In this document: one piece after another, positions 36,159 through 48,720 of the stretch
How positions within the stretch are numbered: position 1 is the stretch's first letter
How the letters are laid out: each line of letters begins with the position of its first letter
NCBI GenBank assembly: GCA_030390025.1
Contig: CM059432.1
Span: 82,338,001 to 82,402,000, forward strand
Direction: 5' to 3'
Length of the DNA stretch: 64,000 nucleotides
Source: Squalus acanthias
Taxonomy: Eukaryota
Position numbers and translations under genes: made by a program
Notes under the pieces: generated by a model
Seen by the model: the letters and a program-made list of their open reading frames with translations, nothing else
Told to the model about the DNA's origin: nothing
Database searches by the model: none

Positions 36159-38623
36159 GGCATAGAAATTTGATTGCACAGTGCTCATTTTACGGGCAAG
36201 AAACGGGTGCTGAAGGGTCCAATAAGATGTGCAGCGTGTGCGTGTTCAGTCTGCGCTGGAAGTGCACCGCACACCATATTGGTTCAGGATCCCTTAGTCG
36301 AGCAGGAGGCCTGGCTGAAACAGGCGATAGGCCCATCGCCTATGCAAATCAGCGGCCTAATGACTGATTCAGGCCACTTTGCCAAATTGGAGCACAACTG
36401 AGTGACTCGTGCTCTCAGTTTTCTCGGGTGTACAACAGCCAAACTGGCAGACCTTAAAGGGACCGCTGGAAGCCGCCGCCAAAAAAGTAAGTAGGAAGAG
36501 CAGTCCTGGCTCCTTGCTAAAACCGCCGCGGGCTGCTATTGGCCTGTGCTCACCCCTCCTCCTATTGACTGCCTCACTCCCACCTCCCAGAATTACCTGC
36601 TGCAATCGGTCCATGTCCCAGCCAACTGATCTCTCCCCCCTGGTGATTGGTCAGTGTCCCAGCCAACTGATCTCTCCCCCTGGCGATCAGTCCATGTCCC
36701 AGCCAACTGATCTCTCCCCCTGGCGATCAGTCCCTGTCCCAGCCAACTGATCTCTCCCCCTGGCGATCGGTCCATGTCCCAGCAACTGATCTCTCCCCCT
36801 GGCGATCGGTCCATGTCCCAGCAACTGATCTCTCCCCCTGGCGATCGGTCCATGTCCCAGCCAACTGATCTCTCCCCCTGGCGATCGGTCCATGTCCCAG
36901 CAACTGATCTCTCCCCCTGGCGATCGCCCCGTGTCCCAGCCAACTGATCTCTCCCCCTGGCGATCGGTCCATGTCCCAGCAACTGATCTCTCCCCCTGGC
37001 GATCGCCCCGTGTCCCAGCCAACTGATCTCTCCCCCCTGCCAATCGGTCCATGTCCCAGCCAACTGATCTCTCCCCCCTGGCGATCGGTCAGTGTCCCAG
37101 CCAACTGATCTCTCCCCCTGCCAATCGGTCCATGTCCCAGCCAACTGATCTCTCCCCCCTGCCAATCGGTCCATGTCCCAGCCAACTGATCTCTCCCCCC
37201 TGCCAATCGGTCCATGTCCCAGCCAACTGATCTCTCTCCCCTGCCAATCGGTCCATGTCCCAGCCAACTGATCTCTCCCCCCTGGCGATCAGTCCATGTC
37301 CCAGCCAACTGATCTCTCCCCCTGGCGATCAGTCCATGTCCCAGCCAACTGATCTCTCCCCCTGGCGATCGGTCCATGTCCCAGCAACTGATCTCTCCCC
37401 CTGCCAATCGGTCCATGTCCCAGCAACTGATCTCTCCCCCTGGCGATCGCCCCGTGTCCCAGCCAACTGATCTCTCCCCCCTGCCAATCGGTCCATGTCC
37501 CAGCCAACTGATCTCTCCCCCTGGCGATCGCCCCGTGTCCCAGCCAACTGATCTCTCCCCCCTGGCGATCGGTCAGTGTCCCAGCCAACTGATCTCTCCC
37601 CCTGCCAATCGGTCCATGTCCCAGCCAACTGATCTCTCCCCCCTGCCAATCGGTCCATGTCCCAGCCAACTGATCTCTCCCCCCTGCCAATCGGTCCATG
37701 TCCCAGCCAACTGATCTCTCCCCCCTGGCGATCAGTCCCTGTCCCAGCCAACTGATCTCTCCCCCCTGGCGATCAGTCCCTGTCCCAGCCATCTGATCTC
37801 TCCCCCTGGCGATCGAACAGTGTCCCAGCCAACTGATCTCTCCCCCTGGCGATCGGTCAGTGTCCCAGCCAACTGATCTCCCTCCCCTGCCAATCGGTCC
37901 ATGTCCCAGCCAACTGATCTCTCCCCCTGGTGATCAGTCCCTGTCCCAGCCAACTGATCTCTCCCCCTGGCGATCGAACAGTGTCCCAGCCAACTGATCT
38001 CTCCCCCCTGGCGATCGGTCAGTGTCCCAGCCAACTGATCTCTCCCCCCTGGTGATCAGTCCCTGTCCCAGCCAACTGATCTCTCCCCCCTGGTGATCAG
38101 TCCCTGTCCCAGCCAACTGATCTCTCCCCCTGGCGATCGAACAGTGTCCCAGCCAACTGATCTCTCCCCCTGGCGATCGAACAGTGTCCCAGCCAACTGA
38201 TCTCTCCCCCTGGTGATCGGTCAGTGTCCCAGCCAACTGATCTCTCCCCCCTGGTGATCAGTCCCTGTCCCAGCCAACTGATCTCTCCCCCTGGCGATCG
38301 AACAGTGTCCCAGCCAACTGATCTCTCCCCCCTGGTGATCGGTCCCTGTCCCAGCCAACTGATCTCTACCCCCTGGCGATCGGTCAGTGTCCCAGCCAAC
38401 TGATCTCTCCCCCCTGGCCATCGGTCAGTGTCCCAGCCAACTGATCTCTCCCCCTGGTGATCGGTGAGCTGCCTCTGGGGCCATGCTTGGCGCCCGCCGC
38501 TCACCGCAAATATTCAAATGCAGCAGGCAGACCAACTTCCTATAGCTGTGCCACCAGCATCTTTCAGAGTGTGCCACTGCACCCAGATTACACCCGAATT
38601 CGAGCGTGTCCAATTTCTAGAGC
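36159..38623. mobile_element. Harbinger-type MITE inflated by an internal minisatellite
   Basis: Imperfect TIRs GGCATAGAAATT / AATTTCTAGAGC with flanks CAA/TAA. Confidence 0.55.
36603..38465 (+). repeat. About 40-bp minisatellite (GTCCCAGCCAACTGATCTCTCCCCCTGGCGATCGGTCCAT), about 46 units
   Basis: Direct tandem periodicity of 39-42 bp, with variable C-run length. Confidence 0.95.
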
Positions 38624-39696
38624 TAATTTTTACAAATCCCTCTCGCAGATTTCAAAACATATTGGTCCTTAATTATTCATTGATCAATATCTGCTAAAAA
38701 GCACCTTTACCCACCTCAGTTTTTAGCCCTTTTGCCTCCTCTCCTGAAGACACTAACTCATGTAGGAACCTTCTGGTAACATCTGACTATTCTTCATACT
38801 TGGATCTGGATGGTGAATTTTGGTGAGCTACTTAGTTGTGGGGGCATCACTCAGTGTCGACAATACAAACTTCCAATCGGGATCTCTGCATAGCAACCAG
38901 GAGCAGACGCCCAGGACATTTCCCCCTCCCTAGCTCAGACTAAGAACTCCGTTTTACTGCCCCACTCGCAGCAAACTCAGCACAGACTGGGGATTTTCCT
39001 GGTCTGAATAGGTTAGTTCCACTTCATGGAGTGCACTCATCAACTAAGCCATTGGGATGGCTGTCTAAAGCATATTTTCAATATAGATGTGAATTAGAAA
39101 GATCTAATGAAAAGCAAGTACAAAGAATATACGGGTGAGGGGCTAACAGGGATTAGCACATACATGTCCATCTGGAAAACTAACGCAAACTGTTCAAAAA
39201 GTTGACAAAGTACCAAAACATTGACAATTGAAGAACAACCCTGATTATGCACCCATGACATGTGAAAATAAGGAATTACATGGACTTTGTAACTTGCGTA
39301 TATGCAATGCTTCTTTACTTTCCCGTGAATGAATAAATAAAAAAAACTTCTACTGGATGGGAAAAGGAACACAAGTACTTTAAAGCCTGAAGGGGGAAAT
39401 CTGAATGTTAAAGGCACAAAATTGGTGGTGTTTCATGGGGGGGATTCAGGGGGCATGTGTCCTGGAAAATGCTGAACTTTTACATTTAAAATTAGGTATT
39501 CTGGTTAATTTTAAGTACTTTTACCTTTCACAATTGACACATTTTTAATCTAAACAATGGTTTATTTAGATTCTCAACCGACCAACCAGATTTCCCCAAA
39601 AGTTACCTCAACAGTCACTCTCCAAAATCCAAAACTTGCCCCAATTCAAAGAGACACTGTACCCCATCCAACAACCCACCCTTTCACAGAGACACT

Positions 39697-40100
39697 GGTC
39701 CCGATATTAACTTCGAGGCCCGTGCGAGGGGGGAGGGAGGGGTAGTCCGATATCGTGTGGCAATATTTATTGCTGTATTTGCCTGACTTTTAATGATCCC
39801 GTGAATTGCTGTTCTGTTCTCACCTTGGTTTCAATGGCACGTTTCAGGAAGCCTGGGAAACCCTTGGATGCACTGTTAAATTGGAATGTAGGTTAAAATA
39901 TCGCTGGAAATGATCGATCAACATGTTTAAATTGTTAACCCTCCTCTCCGGAAAGGGGTTATGTGCAACCAGCCAAGCGCACCTGAGTTAAACCCGGAAG
40001 TCAGCACGTTGGAGCCGGCTTTTGGACGCAAATGCATTTTCAGACACTTCAACGCCCCCCCACACCTAAACCCACACATTGCTCCAGGTTAAAATTCCCC
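39697..40100. mobile_element. Probable Harbinger-type MITE
   Basis: Starts GGTCCCGATATTAAC (similar to the end at 1975) and ends GGTTAAAATTCCCC. TSD not resolved. Confidence 0.5.
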
Positions 40101-40341
40101 TCAGGTTAAAAACGCTCTCCCCTTCAATTCAACCTGGCACTCTTCTCCAATTCCTTCCCCATTCAAGCTGACTATTCTTCTCTCCCTCCACCACCAGTTG
40201 AAGCTGGTACTCTTTTCCTCTTCTTTAGTTCTTACTGGCACCGTTCCCCACAGTTGATCGTGATACTCTCTACCTCAGCCTCAGTTCATTCGAGCTCTCT
40301 TCTCACCCTCTCAGTTAATGCTGAAACTCTGCGTCCCCACT

Positions 40342-41712
40342 TGGAAAGAGTAGACAAGGGTAATGTAGTAGATGTCACATGCTTGGATTTTCAAAGGCCT
40401 TTGATAAGATACTACGCAGTAGGCTCATGACAAAGGTTAGGGCATGTGGTGTCAGAGGAAAAATAGCTGAATCGATAGCAAATTGGCTAAAAAAATTAGA
40501 AAGCAGAGAGTAGGGGTAAAAGGTAGTTATTCAAATTGGAGGAAGGTAGAAAAAGGTGTTTCACAAGGATCAGTGCTGGGATCGCTGTTGCTCATAATTT
40601 ACATTAATGATTTGGGCTTAGGAACAAGTAAATCAATATCAAAATTTGCAGATGATACCAAACTGCTAACATTAAAGAAGAATGCAACATAATACAAGAA
40701 GCCATCAGAAAACTTGCAGATTGGGCAGTTAAGTGGCAAATGAACTTTGGTAGGAAAAATAGAAACATCACCTACACCTTAGAAAAGAAGAAACTGAATG
40801 GGGTGGAAGTGGTTAGGATCTGGAATGCACTGTTGAAAGGGCGGTGGAGGCAGATTCAATCATGGCTTTCAAAAGGGAATTAGATAAGTACCTGAAGGAA
40901 AGAAATTTGCAGGGCCGCGGGGAAAGGGCGGGGGAGTGGGACTAGCTGAAGTGCTCTTGCAGAGAGCCGGCACGGGCGCGACGGGCCGAATGGCCTCCTT
41001 CTGTGCTGTAACCATTCTATGATTCTAAGAGCAAAGGGATCTAGGGATACAGGTGAACAATTCATTAAAAGCAGCATCACAGGTTATCAAAGCACTGGGA
41101 TTTACTTTTAGGGGTATAGAATTCAAAAGTAGTGAAATTATGTTAAACTTGTATAGGAACCTGGTCAGGCCGCACTGTACTGTACACAGTCTGCTCTCCA
41201 TACTATAAAAAGGACATAGAAGCACTGGAGAAAGTGCAAAAATGATTTATAAGCATGGTGCCAGAACTGAGCGATTACAGCTATCGGGAAAGATTGAACA
41301 GGTCGGGGCTTTTTCTTTAGAAAAGAGAAGGCTTAGAGATGACCTGACAGAGGTCTTTAAAATTATGAATGGGTTGGACAGGGTAGATGTGGAGAAAATG
41401 TTTCCACTTGTGGGAGAATCCAAAACCACAGGCCATAAATACAAGATAGTTACCAATAAATCCAATAGGGAAATAAGGAGAAATTTCTTTACTCAGAGAG
41501 TGATTAGAATGTGGAACACGCTACCACAGGAAGTGGTTGAGGCAAATGGCTTAGATGCTTTCAAAAGGAAACTAGACGAGTACATGAGAGGATTAAAAAG
41601 TTATGCTGAAAAGATGAGGTAGATGCAATGGGAGGAGACTCGTGTAGAGTATAACACCAGCACAGACTAGTTGGGCCAAATGGCTTGTTTCTGTGCTGTT
41701 TATTCCATGTAC
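40342..41712 (+). mobile_element. Older CR1 RT/3' portion with a nested CR1-type 3' end at about 40810-41025
   Basis: Peptides KQRVGVKGS, QGSVLG, FADDTKL and FSLEKRRLRDDL. The nested piece ends ATTCTATGATTCTA. Confidence 0.8.
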
Positions 41713-42902
41713 TGCTGAAACTCTGCCTCCCCACTCCCTCTCAGTTAATGCTAGAACGCTCCTTCCTCGCCCACCAAAAACACTGCTGCAGCTTCTGATC
41801 CATTCCAACTCCCTTTCTTTCCCCCCTCCCTCACCCCTTCATTGCCATTTCCTTCTCTTCCTTCCCCGCTCAGCTTCCCTGCTGTTTCTACCTGACTGCT
41901 GTTGATAATGGAAGAGATTTTAGCCGCTGTTCTGTTCATAAAAGAATTCCCACTTACATTATGCAGCAGTGGGAATCATTTCCATTAGCAGCAGGAGCCT
42001 CATAAGAGTTTCACTGTCTGCGTGAACACTGACCAATGGTGTAATGAATAACAGTGCATATATGTGTGATTATAAACAGCCACCTAGATGGAAGATTTCC
42101 TTTGGTCACTATGGGTGATTTTAACAGTTAAAATGGCCCAGGTTACATACCTGTCCTAGAGCTACTGAGCAGGTGGCAAGGTCACGCGGCCAAAGTCAGT
42201 GGGGTAATTTTTTACATATGTCATCGGCACCCAACTGCAATTTTAACTCGACGGCTTGAGCGGTAAGCCGCTGTAGCTTTCCCGTCAGGTGAAGACAACA
42301 TGGAAGAGGATCAGGGCAAGAAGAGGCCCAAACAGGTACCTTTTTTACTTTCCTTATGGGGCCAGGAGGAGCATGAGCGTCCAACTGTAATAGATAAAGC
42401 TTAGACATTCCCTGTCAGGGACTCATCCCCTCTTCCAGATCCCGAGAGTCCCACAAGACGGCTCCAGCAGCCAATCTCACCACCTACCTGGTGTTGGTGC
42501 GCAGCCTCTGCGTAATTTCCTGCCGCTTCCCAACTGGTGGGATTTAAATAAGGCCCCAGAGTTAAAATAGCTCTGGTCTGACTTGTGAAGCAGAGGGTGA
42601 GTTTCTAACTCACACCACTACTCACTTGCCGAGAACTAGCCCGGAGTTAAATATAAGTGCAGCAAGAAGACTTCTTCTGACCATTATTTCTTATAAATCT
42701 TTCAGAACTCCTTTACAATTCTGCTACACATAGCAACCACAGGAAATCTCTCCAGTAGCAACAAGATTGTTTTTTAAAGTAGCTATGCCACGAAATAGTA
42801 GAATGCTGCTTCCATCTATGATTCCTCACATTGTGTGTTCCTCATTTCAGCCTAATCACCAGGAACGTGATAAGTTGGGCTCCCCTCCCAGCAAGGAATT
42901 GA

Positions 42903-43336
42903 AGGAGTGAAATTGGGTGCCTTTGCTCCTCCTAACGGGGCGCAAATGCTTACGATTGGGCGCGGCGCTGACATCAACTCCCGTCATATTCGGCGGGAGT
43001 TTGGCGGTGGCGCTACAGCATTGTGCCCCAATCTCCTTCGCCCGGAGATCATGACGTCATCACCATGCGCATCACCCCGGTAGCGCCCCGGACCCGAAAT
43101 TGACTTCCGCCCCCTGCAGCAGCAGCGGGCGAAAACACCGACACCTGCAGGAGGCGTGCTTCAGGCGGCCGGCTGCTTCGGGGGCGATGATTAAAGGCGA
43201 GGTGGCCGAGGTAAGTAAAAAAAATACTTACCTTTCTTGTTCCGCTTTTTTTCGCGGGTTTCTGCCCGCCTGGCACTAATTTTCCAAACTTTTAAGATTT
43301 AGCGCCCCAAACGGAGCTATAATGAATTTCTCCCCC
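42903..43336. mobile_element. Harbinger-type MITE, 434 bp
   Basis: TIRs AGGAGTGAAATT / AATTTCTCCCCC and TGA TSD. CpG-rich. Confidence 0.75.
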
Positions 43337-43750
43337 TGAGTCTTCCCAACATGGGAACTATGTGGAGAAATGCATGTACATTCCATTCATTTTATGAAAT
43401 TTCAAATCTGTTCACTATCTACATATGATTGAAAATAGATTTTTTGAACCAATTTCAATTGACTTAAAAGGTAAATTACTTAGGCATAGCAACAGCTTAA
43501 TACAATTTGAAATATTAATTTGCACATATCCAACATTTAACATTTTATGAAATATAGACTGAAACTTTACAGCAGTACAAAATCTTGAAACATTTAGTAA
43601 TATCCAATATTTTGGTTACATGATCTGTGCTTCTGACAATCTTTTTAAGCAAAAGAATGCTGAAATATTGGGCGTTACAAATGCAAATGAATCCAAAATC
43701 TTTACAAAATGAGCCTCAAAGATAAAATGTCATTTATTACAAATACAATA

Positions 43751-46262
43751 GGGAACGGTAGCACAGTGGTAATGTTACTGGACTAGTAATCCAGAGGCTT
43801 GGACTAATGATCTGGTAGATGTGAGTTCAAATCCCACGATAGGCAGCTGGGGAATTTAAATTCAGTTAATTAAATAAATCTGGAATAAAAAGTTAATATC
43901 AGTAATGGTGACCATGAAACTATCGAATTGTCGTAAAAACCCATCTGGTTCACTAATATCCTTCAGGGAAGGATATCTGCTGTCTTTACCCAGTCTGGCC
44001 TATATGTGACTCCAAACCCACAGCAATCTGGTTGACTCTTAACTGCCCTCTGAAATGGCCTAGCAAGCCACTCAATTATAACAAACTGCTACAAGAAACA
44101 ATAATAAGCACCACCCAGCAGTGGCTTCGGACACGAAAACGGCACGCCCAGTCCAGTTGACCCTGCAAAGTCCTCCTCACCAACATCGGGGGAACTGTGC
44201 CAATATTGGGAGAGCTGTCCCACAGACTAGTCAAGCAACATACTCACAGAATCAGACCTTTCAGCCAATGTCCCAGACTCCTCCATCACCATCCCTGGCT
44301 ATGTCCTGTCCCAACGGCAGGGGTGGCGGCACAGTGATATACAGTCAGGAGGGAATGGCCCTGGGAGTCCTCATTTGACTCTGGACCCCATGAAGTCTCA
44401 TGGCTTCAGGTCAAGCATGGGCAAGGAAACCTCTTGCTGATTACCACCTACTGCCCTTCCTCAGCTGATGAATCAGTACTCCTCCATGTTGAACACCACT
44501 TGGAAGAAGCACTGAGAGTAGCAAGGGCACAGAATGTACTCTGGGTGGGGGACTTCAATGTCCATCACCAAAAGTGGCTCGGTAGCACCACTGCTGGCCG
44601 AGTTGAGGTTAGATCAGATCAGCCATGATCTCGTTGAATGGCGGAGCAGGCTCGAGGGGCCGATTGGTCTACTCCTGCTCCTATTTCTTATGTTCTTATG
44701 TCCTGAAGGACACAGCTGGCAGACTGGGCCAGCTGCATGATGGCGAGGGAAAAACCTACTTGACCTCATCCTCCCCAATCTACCTGTTGCAGATGCATCT
44801 GTCCATGACAGTACTAGTAGCAGTGATCACCGCACAGTCCTTGTGGAGACAAAGTCCCGTCTTCACGCTGAGGACACCCTCCATCGTGTTGTGTGGCACT
44901 ACCACCGTGCTAAATAGAATAGATTCAGAACAGATGTAGCAGCTCAAAACTGGGCATCCATGAGGAGCTGTGGGCCATCAGCAGCAGCAGAATTATATTC
45001 CACCACAATCTGTAACCTCATGACCTGGCATATCCCCCTCACTCTACCATTAACATCAAGCCAGGGGACCAACTCTGGTTCAATGAGGAGTGTAGAAGAG
45101 CATGCCAGGAGAAGCACTAGGTGTACCTAGAAATGAGGTGCCAACCTGGGGAAGCTGCAACACAGGACTACATGCATGCTAAACAACGGAAGCAGCATGC
45201 TATAGACAGGGCTGAGCGATCCCACGACCAACGGATCAGATCAAAGCTCTGCAGTCCTGCCACATCCAGTCGTGAATGGTGGTGGACCATTAAAGAACTG
45301 ACGGGAGGAGGAGGCTCCATGAACATCCCCATCCTCAATGATGGCAGAACCCAGCACTCGAGTGCAAAAGACAAGGCTGAAGCGTTTGCAACCATCTTCA
45401 GCCAGAAGTGCTGAATGGATGATCCATCTCGGCTTCCTCCTGAGGTCCCCACCATCACAGAAGCCAGTCTTCAGCCAATTCGATTCACTCCACGTAATAT
45501 CAAGAAACAGCTGAGCACACTGGATACAGCAATGGCTATGGGCCACAACAATATCCCGGCTGTTGTGCTGAAGCCATGTGCTCCAGAACTAGCCGCACCT
45601 CTAGCCAAGCTCTTCCTGTACAGCTACAACACTGGCATCTACCCGACAATGTGGAAAACTGCCCAGGTATATCCTGCCCACAAAAAGCAGGACAAATCCA
45701 ATCCGGCCAATTACCGCCCCATCAGTCTACTCTCAATCATCAGCAAAGTGATGGAAGGTGCTGTCGACAGTGCTATCAAGCAGCACTTACTCACTAATAA
45801 CCTGCTCACTGATGCTCAGTTTGGATTCCGCCAGGTCCATGCGGCTCCAGACCTCATTACAGCCTTGGTCCAAAAATGGACAAAAGAGCTGAATTCCAGA
45901 GGTGAGGTGAGAGTGACTGCCCTTGACATCAAGGCAGTATTTGACCGAGTGTGGCATCAAGGAGCCCTAGCAAAATTGAAGTCAATGGGAATCAGGGGAA
46001 AAAACTCTCCACTGGCTGGAGTCATACCTAGCACAAAGGAAGATGGTTGTGGTTGTTGGAGGCCAATCACCTCAGCCCCAGGACATCGCTGCAGGAGTTC
46101 CTCAGGGCAGTGTCCTTGGCCCAACCATCTTCAGCTGCTTCATCAATGATCTCCCTCCATCATAAGGTCAGTAGTGGGGATGTTCGCTGATGATTGCACA
46201 GTGTTGTTGGAGCTGCACTCATCCAGGCAAGTGGAGAGTATTCCATCACACTCCTGACTTGT
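43751..46262 (+). mobile_element. CR1-Zenon-like LINE 5' portion: tRNA-like head, APE endonuclease and partial RT
   Basis: A-box-like TAGCACAGTGG (43759) and B-box GAGTTCAAATCC (43823). APE motifs LITTYCPSS and VLWVGDFNVHH. RT motifs NPANYRPISLLS, QFGFR and ALDIKAVFDRVWH. No ORF1 is seen. Confidence 0.8.
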
Positions 46263-48532
46263 ATCATAATATGATAGAATTCTTCATTAAGATGGAGAGT
46301 GAAGTAGTTGACTCAGAGACTAGGGTCCTGAATTTAAATAAAGGAAACTACGATGGTATGAGGCGCGAGTTGGGTAGGATTGATTGGGGAATGTCACTCA
46401 AAGGGTTGACGGTGGATAGGCAATGGCAAACATTCAAAGACCGCATGGATGAACTACAGAATTTGTTCATCCCAGTTTGGCATAAGAATAAAACAAAAAA
46501 GGTGACTAACAAGGGAAATTAGGGATAGCATAAGATCCAAGGAGAGGACATATAAATTGGCCAGAAAAAGCAGTAAACCTGAGGATTGGGAGCAGTTTAG
46601 GATTCAACAAAGGAGGACAAAGGGATTAATTAAGAACGGGAAAATAGAATATGAGAGGAAGCTTGCAGGGAACATAAAAACTGACTGTAAAAGCTTTTAT
46701 AGATATGTGAAGAGAAAAAGATTGGTGAAGTCAAGCGTTAGGTCCCTTGCAGTCAGAATCAGGGGAACTTATAATGGGGAACAAAGAAATGGCAGACCAA
46801 TTAAATACATATTTTGGTTCTGTCTTCACAAAGGAGGACACAAATAACCTCCCAGAGATGTCGGGGAATATAGGGTCTGATGAAAGGGAGGAACTGAAAG
46901 AAATCAGTATTTGCAGGGAAATGGTGTTAGGGAAATTGACGGGATTGAAGGCCGATAAATCCCCAGGGCCTGATAATCTACATCCTAGGGTACTTAAGGA
47001 AGTGGCCCTAGAAATAGTAGATGCATTGCTGATCATCTTCCAACATTCGATGGAATCTGGAACTGTACCCATGGATTGGAGGGTAGCTAATGTTACCCCA
47101 CTATTCAAAAAGGGTGGTAGAGAGAAAGCGGGGAATTACAGACCGGTAAGCCTGACATCGGTAGTGGGGAAAATGCTAGAGTCCATTATAAAGGATGTAA
47201 TAGCTGAGCACTTGAAAAACAGTGACAGGATAGGACAAAGTCAACATGGATTTACAAAAGGTAAATCGTGCTTGACTAATCTACTGGAATTTTTTGAGGA
47301 TGTAACTGGGAAAATAGATAAGGGAGAACAGTAGATGTGGTGTATTTGGACTTTCAAAAGGCTTTCGATAAGGTCCCGCATAAGAGATTAGCGTGTATAG
47401 TTAAGGCACATGGGATTGGTGGCAAGGTATTGACTTGGATAGAGAACTGGTTGGCGGACAGAAAGCAGAGAGTAGGAATTAATGGGTCTTTTTCCGAGTG
47501 GCAGGCAGTGACTAGTGGGGTACCGCAGGGATCGGTCCTTGGACCCCAGCTATTCACAATATACATTAATGATCTAGATAAGGGAACTAAATGTAATATC
47601 TCCAAGTTTGCAAATGACACAAAGCTGGGTGGGCGTGTGTGCTGCGAGGAGGATACCGAGAAACTCCAGGATGATTTGGACAGGTTGGGTGAGTGGGCAG
47701 AAGCGTGGCAGATGCAATATAATGTGGATAAATGCGAGGTTATCCACTTTGATGTCAAAAACAGAAAGGCAGACTATTATCTGAATGGCAATAGATTGGG
47801 AGAAGGGGAAGTGCAACGAGACCTGGGTGTCCTTGTGCACCAGTCGCTGAAGGTAAGCATGCAGGTGCAGCAGGCGGTGAAGAAGGCAAATGGTATGTTG
47901 GCCTTCATAGCGAAAGGGTTTGAGTATAGGAACAGGGATGTCCTGCTGCAGTTGTACAGGGCCTTGGTGAGACCACACCTTGAGTACTGTGTGCAGTTTT
48001 GGTCGCCTTATCTGAGGAAGGATGTTCTTGCCATGGAGGGAGTTCAGCGAAGATTCACAAGGCTGATACCACAAGGAATGACATATGAGGAGAGATTGGG
48101 TCGATTGGGCTTATACTCGCTGGAGTATAGAAGAATGAGAGGGGATCTCATCGACACATATAAAATTCTGACAGGTCTGGACAAACTAGATGCAGGAAGA
48201 ATGTTCCCGATGGTCGGAGAGTCCAGAACCAGGGGTCATAATCTAAGGATAAGGGGTAAGCCATTTAGGACAGAAATTAGGAAGAATTTCTTCACCCAGA
48301 CAGTGGTGAACCTGTGGAATTCTCTACCACAGAAGTTAGTTGAGGCCAAGTCATTAAATATATTCAAGAATGAGTTAGATATATTTCATAAAGCTAAGGG
48401 GATCAAGGGATATGGGGAGAAAGCAGGGACAGGGTACTGAGTTTGGATGATCAGCCATGATCTCATCGAATGGCGGAGCAGGCTCGAGGGGCCGAATGGC
48501 CTACTCCTGCTCCTATCTTCTATGTTTCTATG
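46263..48532 (+). mobile_element. CR1 LINE, 3' 2.3 kb of ORF2 nearly intact
   Basis: ORFs 46557-46847, 46747-47334 and 47337-48440 form a continuous tether plus RT with a few frameshifts. TTCTATGT tail. Confidence 0.93.
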
Positions 48533-48720
48533 TGGTGGAAGCAGATTCAATAGTAACTTGCAAAAGGGAATTGGATAAATACTTGAAGGAAATAGATTTA
48601 CAGGGCTATGGAGAAAGAGTAGGGGAGTGGATTTAGTTGGATAGCTCTACCAAAGAGCCGACATAGGCACGATGGGCCGAAAGGTCTCCTTCTGTGCTGT
48701 ATCATTCCATGATTCTATGA
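48533..48720 (+). mobile_element. CR1-type 3' end fragment of a second subfamily
   Basis: Similar to 40840-41025 and ends ATTCCATGATTCTATGA. Confidence 0.65.
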
